Assembly: GCA_965218695.1 (NCBI GenBank)
Contig: OZ244651.1
Span: forward strand, 224,001-288,000
Direction of reading: 5' to 3'
DNA from: Nitrosopumilus sp.
GTDB lineage: Archaea > Thermoproteota > Nitrososphaeria > Nitrososphaerales > Nitrosopumilaceae
DNA: 64,000 bases
The first letter of the stretch is position 1. Every line of letters starts with the position of its first letter. This document shows positions 63,918 through 64,000 of this stretch, in pieces. The notes under the pieces were generated by a model that made no database searches, was not told where the DNA came from, and saw only the letters and a program-made list of their open reading frames with translations. Position numbers and translations under genes: made by a program.

Positions 63918-64000
63918 ATGAGCAGGGACCAGCTAAAAGAGGAACTCCTAGCACGGAACCGGGAGATTGCCACCCTCAAATCCGATCTTGAGAAGGCACT
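63918..64000 (+). CDS. Truncated ORF start (MSRDQLKEELLARNREIATLK...), possibly an IS66-type transposase N-terminus
   Basis: Coiled-coil N-terminus like that of 41920-43326; GTAA at 63903; runs off the window. Confidence 0.35.
   Translation, partial: MSRDQLKEELLARNREIATLKSDLEKA

Overview
Chromosomal segment of an ammonia-oxidising archaeon (Nitrososphaerota/Thaumarchaeota, Nitrosopumilaceae-like; the extreme IS load suggests a host-associated lineage, which is inference). The core genes are rpl21e-rpo4-DUF655-rsmA-HemK, tRNA-Ser, an intron-containing tRNA-Met, topoisomerase IB, proteasome alpha, GDH, two 3HP/4HB-cycle enzymes, dnaG-ribK-ribL-dph5 and a LysW-dependent lys/arg operon. About 15 IS elements with identifiable ends (IS5-like, ISH3, IS630, IS66, IS110, IS481) are interspersed and fill roughly a third of the window, several nested. 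The main finding is an archaeal IS110 bridge-recombinase system. Two copies sit at the same TG dinucleotide inside both terminal inverted repeats of an IS5/IS903-like element. A structured RNA in the IS110 5' non-coding end (15063-15190) has loops matching that target, the donor end and both recombinant junctions. Also found: an ~80-bp GTAC-ended MITE family, a triple-nested IS, an inactivated LVIVD surface protein separating two carbon-fixation genes, and a LysW ending in EDWGQ.
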